DNA of 64,000 bases from an uncultured Thermococci archaeon (GCA_964595645.1 CAZQQT010000001.1:32001-96000), one strand, 5' to 3'; positions 46,982 through 56,715 are shown, counted from the stretch's first letter. Notes: a model not told the origin generated them from the sequence alone. Program-made: numbers and translations.

Positions 46982-48478
46982 TCACTCATCGTCAGGATCG
47001 GGATCGTCGAGTGGTACCCCCGCACCGGTCGGCTCCCCAGTGATTATCTTCTCTCGCCACCATCCCTGAGCGTAAAGAACCACCGCAATCCCTGCGCCCA
47101 CGACGTTGCTCAATGCCATGCCAACGAAAATACCCCTCGCGTACATTCCAACGATAAAGGCGAAGAGATACGCCAATGGGAGCCTCAGTCCCCACAATCG
47201 GATCAGACTCAGAACCATCTGCTGTGCGGTATGTCCCGATCCGCTGAAAATTGACGATATGCCCCTGAATATTCCAAAAAACGGCATAGCGAAGGCAAAG
47301 ATCATGAGAAACTCTGCACCCATCTTGATGACTTCTGTTCTGCCCGGAATGAATATACCGATGAGGACGTTCCGGAGTAAAAATACGGCCACAGCAAATA
47401 CTGCGGTGAGTGCAAGTATTGACAGTAATCCCTTTTTCGTGACTTCATCGGCCCGTTCCTTCATATCGGCACCGAGACTCTGGCCAACCATGGTGCTCAT
47501 GGCCATGGCCAGCCCCCCAATCACGAGGAAGCTGATGGTGAGGATCCTGTTTCCAATACCATATCCTGCCGATGCTATTTCTTGGTTCGGCACTCTGTTA
47601 ATCAGTCCCCAGAGAATGATGAATCCAACAGCAGTGCCGATTCTCCCGGCTGAGGCAGGAACACCCACCGAAATAAACTTTTTGATCCGCGACAGATCTG
47701 GTGTGAGGTACGAGAGATCCAGTTCGATTCCCAGTTTCCCTGAAAAAAGAGTATACATGCCCCAGAGAGCCCCTATTCCTCGGGTGGAGATAGTGGCAAT
47801 GGCTGCACCTTGCACCCCCATTTTTGGCACAGGGCCAACTCCAAAGATCAATATCGGATCGATCACAAGGTTGAGGAGTACCGAGACAGTGGTGATCTTC
47901 ATGGGGGTAATGGTGTCCCCCCATCCTCTCAATACAAATCTGAAGGCAAAAAAGAGAAACATGAAGGGAAGACCCAGACATATAACTTGCATATACTGCG
48001 TTCCGTACTGCGTGAGGTGTGCAGCCTCTTCACCTGTCCCTGTGAGGATATCGAGGAAATATGGGATGAGAAAATACCCAGCAATCCCAATGAGAAGGGA
48101 GAAGAGTATTGCAAGAATGTAGAGCTGCCCCGCATCCCGAGATGCCTCGTCAAACTGTTTTGACCCAGTATGTTGCGAGACTAGTGCCAAGGCGGCAACA
48201 CCGAATCCCATCCCTGCAGACATCATCAGAAACACGAAGGACCATGACATGCTTACAGCACCCACTGAGTAGGTGGCTTCAGGTTGGGGGAGATGTCCGA
48301 GCCAAAAAGTATCGACAAGGTTATACAGTGTTCGAAGGAAGGTGGCAATCATTAACGGCCATCCCAGTTTAAATAGAGTGGGGATTACGTCTCCCTCGAG
48401 GATCTCTTCCTTCTCGGGACGACCCATTTTTTCTTTTAATGATACATGTATAGCTTTGAGATTCGCGGTAAGGGTCAT
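46982..48478 (-). CDS. MATE family efflux transporter
   Basis: LGWP, LYNLVDTFWLG, GWGDTITP, GAAIAT, GSGHT. Confidence 0.94.
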   Translation of the reverse strand: MTLTANLKAIHVSLKEKMGRPEKEEILEGDVIPTLFKLGWPLMIATFLRTLYNLVDTFWLGHLPQPEATYSVGAVSMSWSFVFLMMSAGMGFGVAALALVSQHTGSKQFDEASRDAGQLYILAILFSLLIGIAGYFLIPYFLDILTGTGEEAAHLTQYGTQYMQVICLGLPFMFLFFAFRFVLRGWGDTITPMKITTVSVLLNLVIDPILIFGVGPVPKMGVQGAAIATISTRGIGALWGMYTLFSGKLGIELDLSYLTPDLSRIKKFISVGVPASAGRIGTAVGFIILWGLINRVPNQEIASAGYGIGNRILTISFLVIGGLAMAMSTMVGQSLGADMKERADEVTKKGLLSILALTAVFAVAVFLLRNVLIGIFIPGRTEVIKMGAEFLMIFAFAMPFFGIFRGISSIFSGSGHTAQQMVLSLIRLWGLRLPLAYLFAFIVGMYARGIFVGMALSNVVGAGIAVVLYAQGWWREKIITGEPTGAGVPLDDPDPDDE

Positions 48479-48619
48479 TGCTCCACCTGGGTCTCTTTCG
48501 TTGGTACCACCATGCAGTGGTATCGGGCATTTATAAAGGTTCGGTGGCACCAGATAAGAAAAGGTTTGAACGTTATAAAAAGATTTATATACCGTATTTC
48601 AAAGAAGGGAAAGAGAAAA

Positions 48620-49816
48620 ATGGGAGAGAAAGAGGAAAACATTTCGTACCCATATGAATTTGACGAAGAAAAAAGAAGAAAAGCACGAGTATACTCCACT
48701 CAAAAGCTCTACACAGGACTAATTCAGAGGACGGTTATCCCCCTCGTTATTCTCCTCGTGTTTCATTTTGCATCTATCTCAAAGAAATTAGAAACTTTCG
48801 TGTTCAGCGTCATATCGGGGAGCATGATAGACTACTACTGGATCGGTGCAGCAATATTCATCCTCCTCTTACTTTCCATCCTGTTTCTTGTCGGATTGCC
48901 GATCGCTTACTATTCAGGATATCTCCTCGAACATCGGTATGATCTAAGCAACCAAACATTTGGTGAGTGGGGAAAGGATCAGATAAAATCCCTTGTACTA
49001 TCGCTCGCACTCGCTACGCCGCTGATACTCAGTGTCTTCTACCTGGGCGATACCCATCCAACGATGTGGTGGTTGTATACCGGTGTAGGATTTTTTATTA
49101 TCACAGGAGTGTTTATGAACATTTATCATATCGTGATACTCCCTCTCTTCTTCACTACTGATGAGCTGGAGGACGAGGATTTACGTCAGCGTCTTCTCAC
49201 CATCGCCGAAGAAAGCAACGTCCCGACGGTAGAAAAAATAATAGAGATCAAGGCGAGCGAAAAAACTGAGGGAGCAAACGCGATGTTCGGGGGCATGGGG
49301 AGAACAAAAAGGATCTTTCTTTACGATACTCTCCTCGAAAAATTCCACAAAAAAGAAATAGAAGGCGTTGTCGCTCACGAAATGGGCCATTACGTGAACA
49401 AAGATATACTGCGCTTCATTGTGCTCGAAGGCATAGAAATTTTCCCTATACTTTATATTACAAGAGTACTGTTTACCCGTTGGGGCAGTTTTGACAGTAT
49501 CGCATATCTCCCCCTTTTCATGATGATTCTCTTTGGCCTGTACAGCGTGGCCAGTCCTCTCTCCTTGGCGTACAGTAGACATAGAGAGCGAATGGCGGAT
49601 GTATTTGCACTCAATGTTGTCGGTGAGTCGAAACCGATGATCTCTGTGTTCAAGCGTCTCTCAGATATTGATTTAATTGAGACGGATCCACCTCGCATTG
49701 TTGAGATACTCTTCTACTCTCATCCCTCGCCGAAGAAAAGAATCGCCATGGCAGAGCAATATTTCACTGATTCAGAGCAATCACAGCCATCCGAACCTCA
49801 TATCCTACGAAAATGA
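48620..49816 (+). CDS. M48 (Ste24/HtpX) family zinc metalloprotease
   Basis: ANAMFGG, LYDTLL, AHEMGH, ERMAD, SHP. Confidence 0.94.
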   Translation: MGEKEENISYPYEFDEEKRRKARVYSTQKLYTGLIQRTVIPLVILLVFHFASISKKLETFVFSVISGSMIDYYWIGAAIFILLLLSILFLVGLPIAYYSGYLLEHRYDLSNQTFGEWGKDQIKSLVLSLALATPLILSVFYLGDTHPTMWWLYTGVGFFIITGVFMNIYHIVILPLFFTTDELEDEDLRQRLLTIAEESNVPTVEKIIEIKASEKTEGANAMFGGMGRTKRIFLYDTLLEKFHKKEIEGVVAHEMGHYVNKDILRFIVLEGIEIFPILYITRVLFTRWGSFDSIAYLPLFMMILFGLYSVASPLSLAYSRHRERMADVFALNVVGESKPMISVFKRLSDIDLIETDPPRIVEILFYSHPSPKKRIAMAEQYFTDSEQSQPSEPHILRK

Positions 49817-49861
49817 GACACAGTATGAAAAAAAGCTGTGAACATGATGTTCAAAATTTCT

Positions 49862-50335
49862 TTATTTCTCTTGAAGATCCAACCAGTAGAGTACTACTGT
49901 TTCAGCATCTGAGAAGAGAGGCCCTATGTCAGTAATCAACGTAAATCCATGTTTTTCATAGAGGGCTCTCGCAGCTCTATTTTCTTTGGCTACAAAAAGG
50001 AATATCTTTCTAGGAGTAATATCAAATTTTTTAAAACGTTTCTTGACCGATTGAATAGTATGTGTCACCAGTGCAGATCCGATTCCCTTTCCTCTGTAGG
50101 CTTCTGCAACATGAACTTCCTCAATCTCCACGACTCCTGCCTTCGGATCCTCCTTCATATGCTACTGCAACACACCGACGATAGTACCTTGGTGTTTCGC
50201 GATAAGAGTAACATTATGGGAGGTATAGCACATTACCCGCTGTTCAATAAGTTTGTTTATTTCATAATGTTTAAAATAGTCAAATAGTTGATTTCTATCT
50301 TTTTCCGTTGCTGTCGTTACCGTTATGTTCCTCAT
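49862..50335 (-). pseudogene. GNAT acetyltransferase interrupted by in-frame TAG (50162-50164)
   Basis: ...IVGVLQ-TAG-HMKEDPK...YRGKGIG...LYEKHGF all in one frame. Confidence 0.8.
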
Positions 50336-50438
50336 AATCCCAACAACCATCACTATGATTAAATACTTTTTGAAAATACGCACTGACTTCATACATAGAA
50401 ATATTTAAATAGAGACTCCGTTCTAAAGAATAGAAAAG

Positions 50439-50792
50439 GTGTTTTTAATGGCAGAAAAAAAGATAATAGCGTTTTGTGGATTGCTCTGTAATGAATGTCC
50501 TGCTTTCATCGCGAAAAGAACAGACGACGATGAATTGCGGGAAAAAACTGCAGAGCGATGGTCGACAGAAGAATTTCCTCTTGAACCAGAGGATATTAAC
50601 TGTGATGGATGTGTGCACGGAGAAGAAATACTCACATTCTGTACCGTGTGCGGAGTACGGAGATGTGGAGTGGAACGGGGCGTTGAGAACTGTGCGTACT
50701 GTGTAGAGTATCCATGTAAAAAACTTGAGAACCCGTGGAGTCACAATCCTGAAGCAAAAGAACGGTTGGATGCAATACGGAAAGGATGCTGA
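50439..50792 (+). CDS. DUF3795 Cys-rich protein
   Basis: CGLLCNECP, CDGC, CxxC..C, NCAYC..YPC. Confidence 0.9.
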   Translation: MFLMAEKKIIAFCGLLCNECPAFIAKRTDDDELREKTAERWSTEEFPLEPEDINCDGCVHGEEILTFCTVCGVRRCGVERGVENCAYCVEYPCKKLENPWSHNPEAKERLDAIRKGC

Positions 50793-50899
50793 TACTACGA
50801 GAACGCTAGAAAAAAAATGATAAAACTAGACGATTTGAAGAGAGGAAACAATGAGTGATAAAAGAAAAAGATATACGGATAAGGACGCGTCTATGTAAT

Positions 50900-52006
50900 A
50901 TGTATCGTCAGATCAGTGGGCTCTTCCTGCTATTCGTACTTCTCGGACTGATGGCTGGATGTCAGGAGAAGGCTCTCGTAAAAGAGGAGCCGGTGAGTAT
51001 GGTCTGTCGGCTTATGGGCGAGAGTAAAACGACAAACGCCGCCGGAACAGTCTGGGAGGGCGACCTCGGGGTCATGTTCACGCACCAACAGCAAATATAC
51101 TTCCTTGCAGGTGATACGATGGGTTCAGGGATATTTGCGCCCAATGCCATTGCGTATACGAACGATCACCGACCAGGAGCCTGTCTTGAGCTTCAGTGGA
51201 AAACAGATTCCAAGGGGAATCCACAGGCATTTTTTCCTCGGATTGATCCTGATTCCACCGTTCCAGCAGGAGCTATAAGCATCAATAACGTCATATACGT
51301 CTTTATGATGGACGTGACACACTGGGGTGATAGTGAATCACCGGAAACACATGCACGCCCCCTTTTGATAAAATCAACGGATAATGGTACAACTTTTTCG
51401 TTGGTCTGGACAGGTGAAGTGAACGGAAAATTTGTGAATATCGCACCGGTGATTTCTTCCCACCCTCACGATCCGACACGTCCCATGCTCTATCTTCTGG
51501 CCTCTGGAACGTACAGGAAATCTCCCATCTATCTCGCGATGACCGATCTCGGTACAGTCGAGGACAAAAGGAGCTACCGGTATTTCGCTGGATATAAAAA
51601 CGGGACCTCGGTATGGGTCGGAGATCAGGCAGCGGCTACTCCTGTGGCGGACGACGTCCGCGTGGGAGAACTTTCAGTAGCATGGAACGAGTATCTCGAT
51701 CAGTGGCTTCTCTCGTATTTTGATTATACACCTACAGGAAAGGGAACTATGTATTTCAGAAAGGCGCCAACACTGTGGGGTTCGTGGTCGGAGCCTGTGG
51801 AGGTATTCAGTGGAACTGCCCAGTACGGATGGTATAAAAAAGAGAAAACAAGTAAAGGCGTTGTAGACTGGGGAGGGCCGTACGGTGGATATCTCTTGCA
51901 GGAACCCACTGATCATAATGGAAAAATCGTCTATTTTACCCTCTCATTGTGGACCCCTTATACTATCTTTTTAATGAAAGCAGATCTTAAGGAGATTTTT
52001 GAATGA
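50900..52006 (+). CDS. DUF4185-domain lipoprotein (beta-propeller, GH183-like)
   Basis: Lipobox AGC, DLG, AGDT, VGELSVAWNEYLDQWLLSY, PYGGY, LSLWTPY. Confidence 0.8.
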   Translation: MYRQISGLFLLFVLLGLMAGCQEKALVKEEPVSMVCRLMGESKTTNAAGTVWEGDLGVMFTHQQQIYFLAGDTMGSGIFAPNAIAYTNDHRPGACLELQWKTDSKGNPQAFFPRIDPDSTVPAGAISINNVIYVFMMDVTHWGDSESPETHARPLLIKSTDNGTTFSLVWTGEVNGKFVNIAPVISSHPHDPTRPMLYLLASGTYRKSPIYLAMTDLGTVEDKRSYRYFAGYKNGTSVWVGDQAAATPVADDVRVGELSVAWNEYLDQWLLSYFDYTPTGKGTMYFRKAPTLWGSWSEPVEVFSGTAQYGWYKKEKTSKGVVDWGGPYGGYLLQEPTDHNGKIVYFTLSLWTPYTIFLMKADLKEIFE

Positions 52007-52088
52007 ACAACAATCCTATCGAAAAGAGTAGTAATGATAAGCAAAGTATACGCAACATCTATTGAAAGAAAAAAGAAAAAAAAAGTCG

Positions 52089-52481
52089 TTATTCGATCAT
52101 TTTTTGTTTGAGCATATCCCACTTCTCATCGAGTATTGCCGACGTTATCTCGCCATTTTCGATAGTGATATGCGCTTCATGGGGTGTGAGTACCTGTGTC
52201 ACCATCTTACCGCTTCTATCGCCATAACCACCGTGCCGTGAGGTAAAGGTGAAGACGAAAGTGTAGCAGTGCTCGCATTCAGCAATATCCGGGTAGAGTG
52301 TTTCTTCATGTTGAAGATCCATCCCATCGTACGCATAAGTTGGCGAGGTTTCCACAAACTCTCGTGCGATTTCTCTACTTTTCTCTTCTGTCATTGCGTT
52401 TTCTTCACCAATACATCCAATGATCCCTGCCGTAGTCAGGGAAAGTAACAATCCCAGTGTATACCAATTCTTCTTTTCCAT
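52089..52481 (-). CDS. Hypothetical lipoprotein
   Basis: Lipobox IGC, SPTY..DG, F.SRHGGYGDR..QVLTPH. Confidence 0.75.
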   Translation of the reverse strand: MEKKNWYTLGLLLSLTTAGIIGCIGEENAMTEEKSREIAREFVETSPTYAYDGMDLQHEETLYPDIAECEHCYTFVFTFTSRHGGYGDRSGKMVTQVLTPHEAHITIENGEITSAILDEKWDMLKQKMIE

Positions 52482-52613
52482 GTTTTATCACCTCTTTTAA
52501 TTTGTTCTCACACGGGTTTAGAGGATTTGGTATAAAAACGTTTGTATTAGCTTCAATTCCTATTGAAGTTATCATATATGGCGGAAAATCACCTGCAGAA
52601 AAAGAAAAAAACT

Positions 52614-53084
52614 CTATCCTTCTGAAGGATAGAGATGAACTCCGTAGTAAAATACATCCTGTTCTGTGTAGGCGTTTCCTTTCTCTATCCGAGCGGTAAA
52701 ATCAACTTCCCATTTCTCGTCTCTCGGGTTCTTTCCCCATCCTTTTACTATTACTTCGAAATTCAGGTCCTTTACTTCACCGGATTTCAGATTTTCTATT
52801 TCAAATCGTTCTTTCTCCATTTCTATTTCTTCTGGCAGCTTAAAATCCTTTAAAATCACTTTTTCCAATGTTTTATCTGTTTTATTTTTTATATAGAGCG
52901 TGTAATCTACAGTAACGTCTCCTGTTTTTTTATCCTGAGATTTTATTTTAAGCTCTGCATTCACATTTAGCGCATTTTCCGGTTTTGGTGGGGGTGATTC
53001 CTCACATCCGGTGAGGAATGTTGCAATTGCTACTAGGGAAAGCACTATGGCAATTGTTTTTTTGTGCGACATGATTTTGTTCAT
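52614..53084 (-). CDS. Hypothetical lipoprotein (Ig-like beta sandwich)
   Basis: Lipobox TGC, beta-strand pattern, AT-rich. Confidence 0.7.
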   Translation of the reverse strand: MNKIMSHKKTIAIVLSLVAIATFLTGCEESPPPKPENALNVNAELKIKSQDKKTGDVTVDYTLYIKNKTDKTLEKVILKDFKLPEEIEMEKERFEIENLKSGEVKDLNFEVIVKGWGKNPRDEKWEVDFTARIEKGNAYTEQDVFYYGVHLYPSEG

Positions 53085-53222
53085 GACCTCTTCCTTTTAT
53101 AAAACTTTTGCAGGATTTTATACGGTTACAATAGTATGTGCTATAGTATATGTTGTAATAAAGTGGCCCTATATATCCAAACTAGAAGAAGCTACATCGG
53201 AAATATTTTGGCATTCGCTCTT

Positions 53223-53777
53223 TTAGAGGCCAACGGACTCTGTCAAGTACATGAGTAGAAGAAAGAGCAGTGAGAGAAGGAGCATGACAATCCACGGATT
53301 GAGATGAAGCAGCTCTGGAATAGTTACTGGCCCCATCTCATTTTCGTGAATGAATGTCTCCCGTATTCTTGGGTAGACCGAAGCAAAAACGCCTGCACCA
53401 ATCATGATACCCACCACACCGATCATTGCATGAAGAGAGCCTGTCCCCATGGCACCAGCGGCTGTGCCGGGACAGTACCCAAGTAGCGCAAAGCCAGCAC
53501 CGAAGATGAGACCTCCACTAAGAATCGCCCTCACTCTGCACGGTTTGGGATGGAGCTCAGCATAGTCGAGTGTCACGAGGACATACAGCCCTATCATCCC
53601 TGTGATTACCGCAGTAGCGATTATTTTAAATACTCTAAAATCTTTCAGGAGAAGCTGATTAAGAATGAGGGAATACTCAGTTACACCACCCTTATCGAGA
53701 AGAAATCCAAATACAATGCCGATCCCGAAGCCAATGATGAGTTGCACTCTTTTCTTTTTGTGCAACGCTTCAAGCAT
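53223..53777 (-). CDS. YeeE/YedE sulfur-compound transporter, subunit B
   Basis: GIVFGFLL, GGLIFGAGFALLGYCPGT. Confidence 0.9.
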   Translation of the reverse strand: MLEALHKKKRVQLIIGFGIGIVFGFLLDKGGVTEYSLILNQLLLKDFRVFKIIATAVITGMIGLYVLVTLDYAELHPKPCRVRAILSGGLIFGAGFALLGYCPGTAAGAMGTGSLHAMIGVVGIMIGAGVFASVYPRIRETFIHENEMGPVTIPELLHLNPWIVMLLLSLLFLLLMYLTESVGL

Positions 53778-54293
53778 CTATCCACCTCCAAAAAGGAGGA
53801 ATGCGGTGAAGATTCCCCCGATGAAGAACATGATGAGTGCTAACCAGCTTCCTACGGCGAGCTGCAATGTCCCGCTAATACCGTGTCCACTCGTACAGCC
53901 ACCGGCCATCCGCGCGCCGAATCCAATGAGAATTCCGCCGATAAGCGCGGCGAAAAATCGCAAGATAATACTTCCACCAAATGTGTTGTTCCATAGCGTG
54001 GGGATCAGTTCAATTCTGAAACTTCCGGAAATGAGTGAGGAGAGAAATGCTCCAACCACAACACCGAGGACGAGCATCCACTCCCAGTCGATGGTTGGAA
54101 GAAACTCTTTGTAGTAGAGCCGTTCCTTTACTTTTTCACCACGTAGTGCCGTCTCAGTCATTCCTGCTGTTCGGGCGTATGCAGTGGAACATCCTATCGC
54201 CTTGTCAGACAATAGGAAGCTCAACCACACTAGCACACCGATCCCCATACCGACGACATAGGGTGACCACAGTTCCTCGAAAAGAGGATTCAT
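53778..54293 (-). CDS. YeeE/YedE sulfur-compound transporter, subunit A
   Basis: WSPY, IGCS, GFGARMAGGCTSGHG. Confidence 0.92.
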   Translation of the reverse strand: MNPLFEELWSPYVVGMGIGVLVWLSFLLSDKAIGCSTAYARTAGMTETALRGEKVKERLYYKEFLPTIDWEWMLVLGVVVGAFLSSLISGSFRIELIPTLWNNTFGGSIILRFFAALIGGILIGFGARMAGGCTSGHGISGTLQLAVGSWLALIMFFIGGIFTAFLLFGGG

Positions 54294-54333
54294 TGGATAG
54301 CCCGCCTGGACATCTCAGGTTTTGGTCAAAAAG

Positions 54334-54927
54334 TTAATGGAGTATTTCTGCAAATACTTCATGCGGCGTGATGCAGATATGTGGCATTATTTCTTTAAAC
54401 CCTTCTATTATCTCGGGGAGTTCGTGAAATTTTTCATGCGATTCTCTGTCTTTCCAGTAGGTTAACATCACGTACTCAGTAGGTTTAATTTTAATTTCTT
54501 CATACTCACCAGGAATCATTTCTCCACCGAATGATATATTTGTTGTTCTCACTACCTTTGTGCCGATAAATCCCTTCTTATCCATGGTTATTGTGCAGAG
54601 ATCCTCTACTTTTTCTTCAAATTCCTCTTCATGGCCCGGTTTGACTGAGAGATAGTTAACTGCTACGATAATGGGCTTACCAACGTATTCATAGTCGTCC
54701 AGTGTGGATGGTGGTATCTCCGAAGCATTTATGTCGTTTTCCGTGAGATACTTTACCGCCATTTTCGATCGCTTGGCTCGTGGACCACAGTAGACTTTCA
54801 CATCTTTATCCTTCAGAAAATCCAGATAGAACTCAAGATCCCATACTGGAATGTTCAATGCACCTTTTATATGGTTTCTATAGTATTCTTCTCTTGTTTT
54901 TACATCTAGAATCAAATCTTTTCCCAT
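54334..54927 (-). CDS. Rhodanese domain fused to a dimeric alpha+beta barrel (ABM/SOR-like) domain
   Basis: DVKT..EY..HIKGALNIP, YC47GPRAKRS, then VAVN..V.PG.EEEFE, C111, GFIG, YW...H164EKFH168, P.E190. Confidence 0.85.
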   Translation of the reverse strand: MGKDLILDVKTREEYYRNHIKGALNIPVWDLEFYLDFLKDKDVKVYCGPRAKRSKMAVKYLTENDINASEIPPSTLDDYEYVGKPIIVAVNYLSVKPGHEEEFEEKVEDLCTITMDKKGFIGTKVVRTTNISFGGEMIPGEYEEIKIKPTEYVMLTYWKDRESHEKFHELPEIIEGFKEIMPHICITPHEVFAEILH

Positions 54928-55073
54928 ATTTATCCTCTCCTTTCCGTTGAATTTCTATAGAAGGATTTATTACTAGCTATATAAAATTATCGTTCGAATT
55001 TCGGATCAATAAAAGGAAATATGTTCGAACTAAGTACTACACTCATAAAAAAGGATAGAAAAAAGAAAAAGAT

Positions 55074-55394
55074 TTATGTATGCTCGAGTCCCTCAAGCAT
55101 ACCTTTCATATTCTCAATGTACTCCTTGAATGCCTTTCTCCCCGTGTCAGTGAGAGAGAGCATTGTGTGAGGTTTTTTATCGACGAACTCTTTCGTGATC
55201 TTGACATATCCCGCATCTTCGAGTTTACTGAGGTGTGAGGAGAGGTTCCCTGAAGTCAGTTCCGTCTGTCGTTTGAGAAAGAGGAAGTCCGCGCTTTCCA
55301 CGACGTAGAGATGTGCCATGATGTTCAGTCTGGCAGGTTCATGAATTGTCTTATCGATCTCTCCAATGGACTGAAGATCATCTTCGTGTGTCAT
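55074..55394 (-). CDS. Winged-helix (ArsR/MarR-like HTH_34) transcriptional regulator
   Basis: IHEPARLNIM, LTSGNLSSHLSKLEDAGYV, TDTGRKAF. Confidence 0.92.
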   Translation of the reverse strand: MTHEDDLQSIGEIDKTIHEPARLNIMAHLYVVESADFLFLKRQTELTSGNLSSHLSKLEDAGYVKITKEFVDKKPHTMLSLTDTGRKAFKEYIENMKGMLEGLEHT

Positions 55395-55974
55395 TGAATA
55401 CCTCCTTCGTTTTCAGACTAGGATATTTTCGAAGGAATCGAATAAACAGTCCCATTCCGATAGCCATCATTATAGTTCCCGGTATAGCATATGCTATGGC
55501 AGGAAGGGGTTGATCGAGGAGTTCTCCTGCCCCAAACGTTGCAGCTATCAATATTCCATATATATAAAGGCGTTTAAACTCCATATAGTATGCCACCATA
55601 CTGAAAATAAATGTTATCAGTATGAACATAAGCACACTCCTCACCAAGACCGAGAAATCGGGAAATAAGACCATCAGCACCGTACTTGTGACGAACACTG
55701 ATATGACGAGCCCTAGTATTAGCTCTGTCCGCTTTTTTTGTCGTTCGGGTCCAAACTTTACCCGCCCTAAGCGCGGAGTAGTAATCAGTTTTTTCCCTGC
55801 AACCATCCCTCCAACTGCCACGAATATGAGGAGCGTGGTATAGGGATTACCGGTGTATGTTCGAATTGCTCCTACCAGCATCATCATGCCAAAAAACATA
55901 TCCCACATACCGTCTTGGAAGTAAGAAGTCCACGCTTTTTTCTCGATTTCTTGTAGGTCAATACTCTGCGTCAT
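55378..55974 (-). CDS. Hypothetical multi-pass membrane protein
   Basis: YFQDGMWD, ITTPRLGRVKF, FLRKYP, about 6 TM segments, overlaps the HTH gene. Confidence 0.8.
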   Translation of the reverse strand: MTQSIDLQEIEKKAWTSYFQDGMWDMFFGMMMLVGAIRTYTGNPYTTLLIFVAVGGMVAGKKLITTPRLGRVKFGPERQKKRTELILGLVISVFVTSTVLMVLFPDFSVLVRSVLMFILITFIFSMVAYYMEFKRLYIYGILIAATFGAGELLDQPLPAIAYAIPGTIMMAIGMGLFIRFLRKYPSLKTKEVFNDTRR

Positions 55975-56070
55975 AAGTATCACTCACCTTCTTTTCTAGT
56001 TCTTTTATATTCATAGTTTCTGTCATTTTTTGTCACCTTTACATAACATATATCTTCGCCCTTTAAAATG

Positions 56071-56100
56071 TTTGTATCACAAAGTAGTTTACTGAATAAA
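56071..56100. promoter_or_regulatory. Possible operator pair for the HTH_34 operon
   Basis: TTTG-N5-CAAA (56071-56083) and TTTA-N5-TAAA (56088-56100) upstream of the operon. Confidence 0.45.
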
Positions 56101-56247
56101 AAGAATAATACCTTTTGATGTATATAACTAATTTAGTATTATACAAGCGAAAAGTTTATATACAAGAATTTACTTGTACAACGTAGAGAAGCCCTTAGAG
56201 TTACCACCTGAAAGGGCAGAGATACCCCGATAAAAAATTAAAGGATT

Positions 56248-56715
56248 ATGAATTTCAGAAAAGCACGGGCAGATGAAGCTCAACGGATACACGAGATACT
56301 GTTGGAAGCATTCGCGCCCTATAGGTATCAGTATACCCCAGAAGCGTACTATGCGACAGTTCTTTCTCCACAGAAGATTACAACACGGATACACAGTCCA
56401 GATATGCAAGTGTTCGTCGTTGTGGATGTGAATAAGATTGTCGGAACTCTCTCCGTACGAAAAGAAGGAAAGCAATTGCATTTCCAGAGTATGACAGTAG
56501 ACCCTAGCTATCAGAGAAGAGGGGTTGGCCGATATATTCTCGAAGAAATTGAGCAGTATGCAAAAGGAACAAACTGCAGAACACTTTTATTAGAGACCTA
56601 TGCCCCCCTCAAAAAGGCTATATATCTGTACGAAAAATTTGGGTTCCAACGGACAGGGAAGGAGAGGACGTATCACGACATCGTTATCTTTGAAATGACA
56701 AAGAACATTTTTTAA
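56248..56715 (+). CDS. GNAT N-acetyltransferase
   Basis: VDPSYQRRGVG, AIYLYEKFGF. Confidence 0.9.
   Translation: MNFRKARADEAQRIHEILLEAFAPYRYQYTPEAYYATVLSPQKITTRIHSPDMQVFVVVDVNKIVGTLSVRKEGKQLHFQSMTVDPSYQRRGVGRYILEEIEQYAKGTNCRTLLLETYAPLKKAIYLYEKFGFQRTGKERTYHDIVIFEMTKNIF

Noticed and set aside
50162-50164. Genome-wide pyrrolysine recoding of TAG
   Set aside because: TAG ends cdc48 exactly at its HbYX motif and ends other complete genes. No pyl genes are in the window.
54334-54927. Calling this gene a canonical sor
   Set aside because: It has only one barrel repeat, lacks the CxxC pair, and carries an extra rhodanese domain. Reported as SOR-like only.
56161-56217. Hairpins TACAAG/CTTGTA and GCCCTT/AAGGGC as SECIS or riboswitch
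   Set aside because: I found no in-frame UGA selenoprotein nearby and no recognisable family consensus. Short stems can arise by chance.
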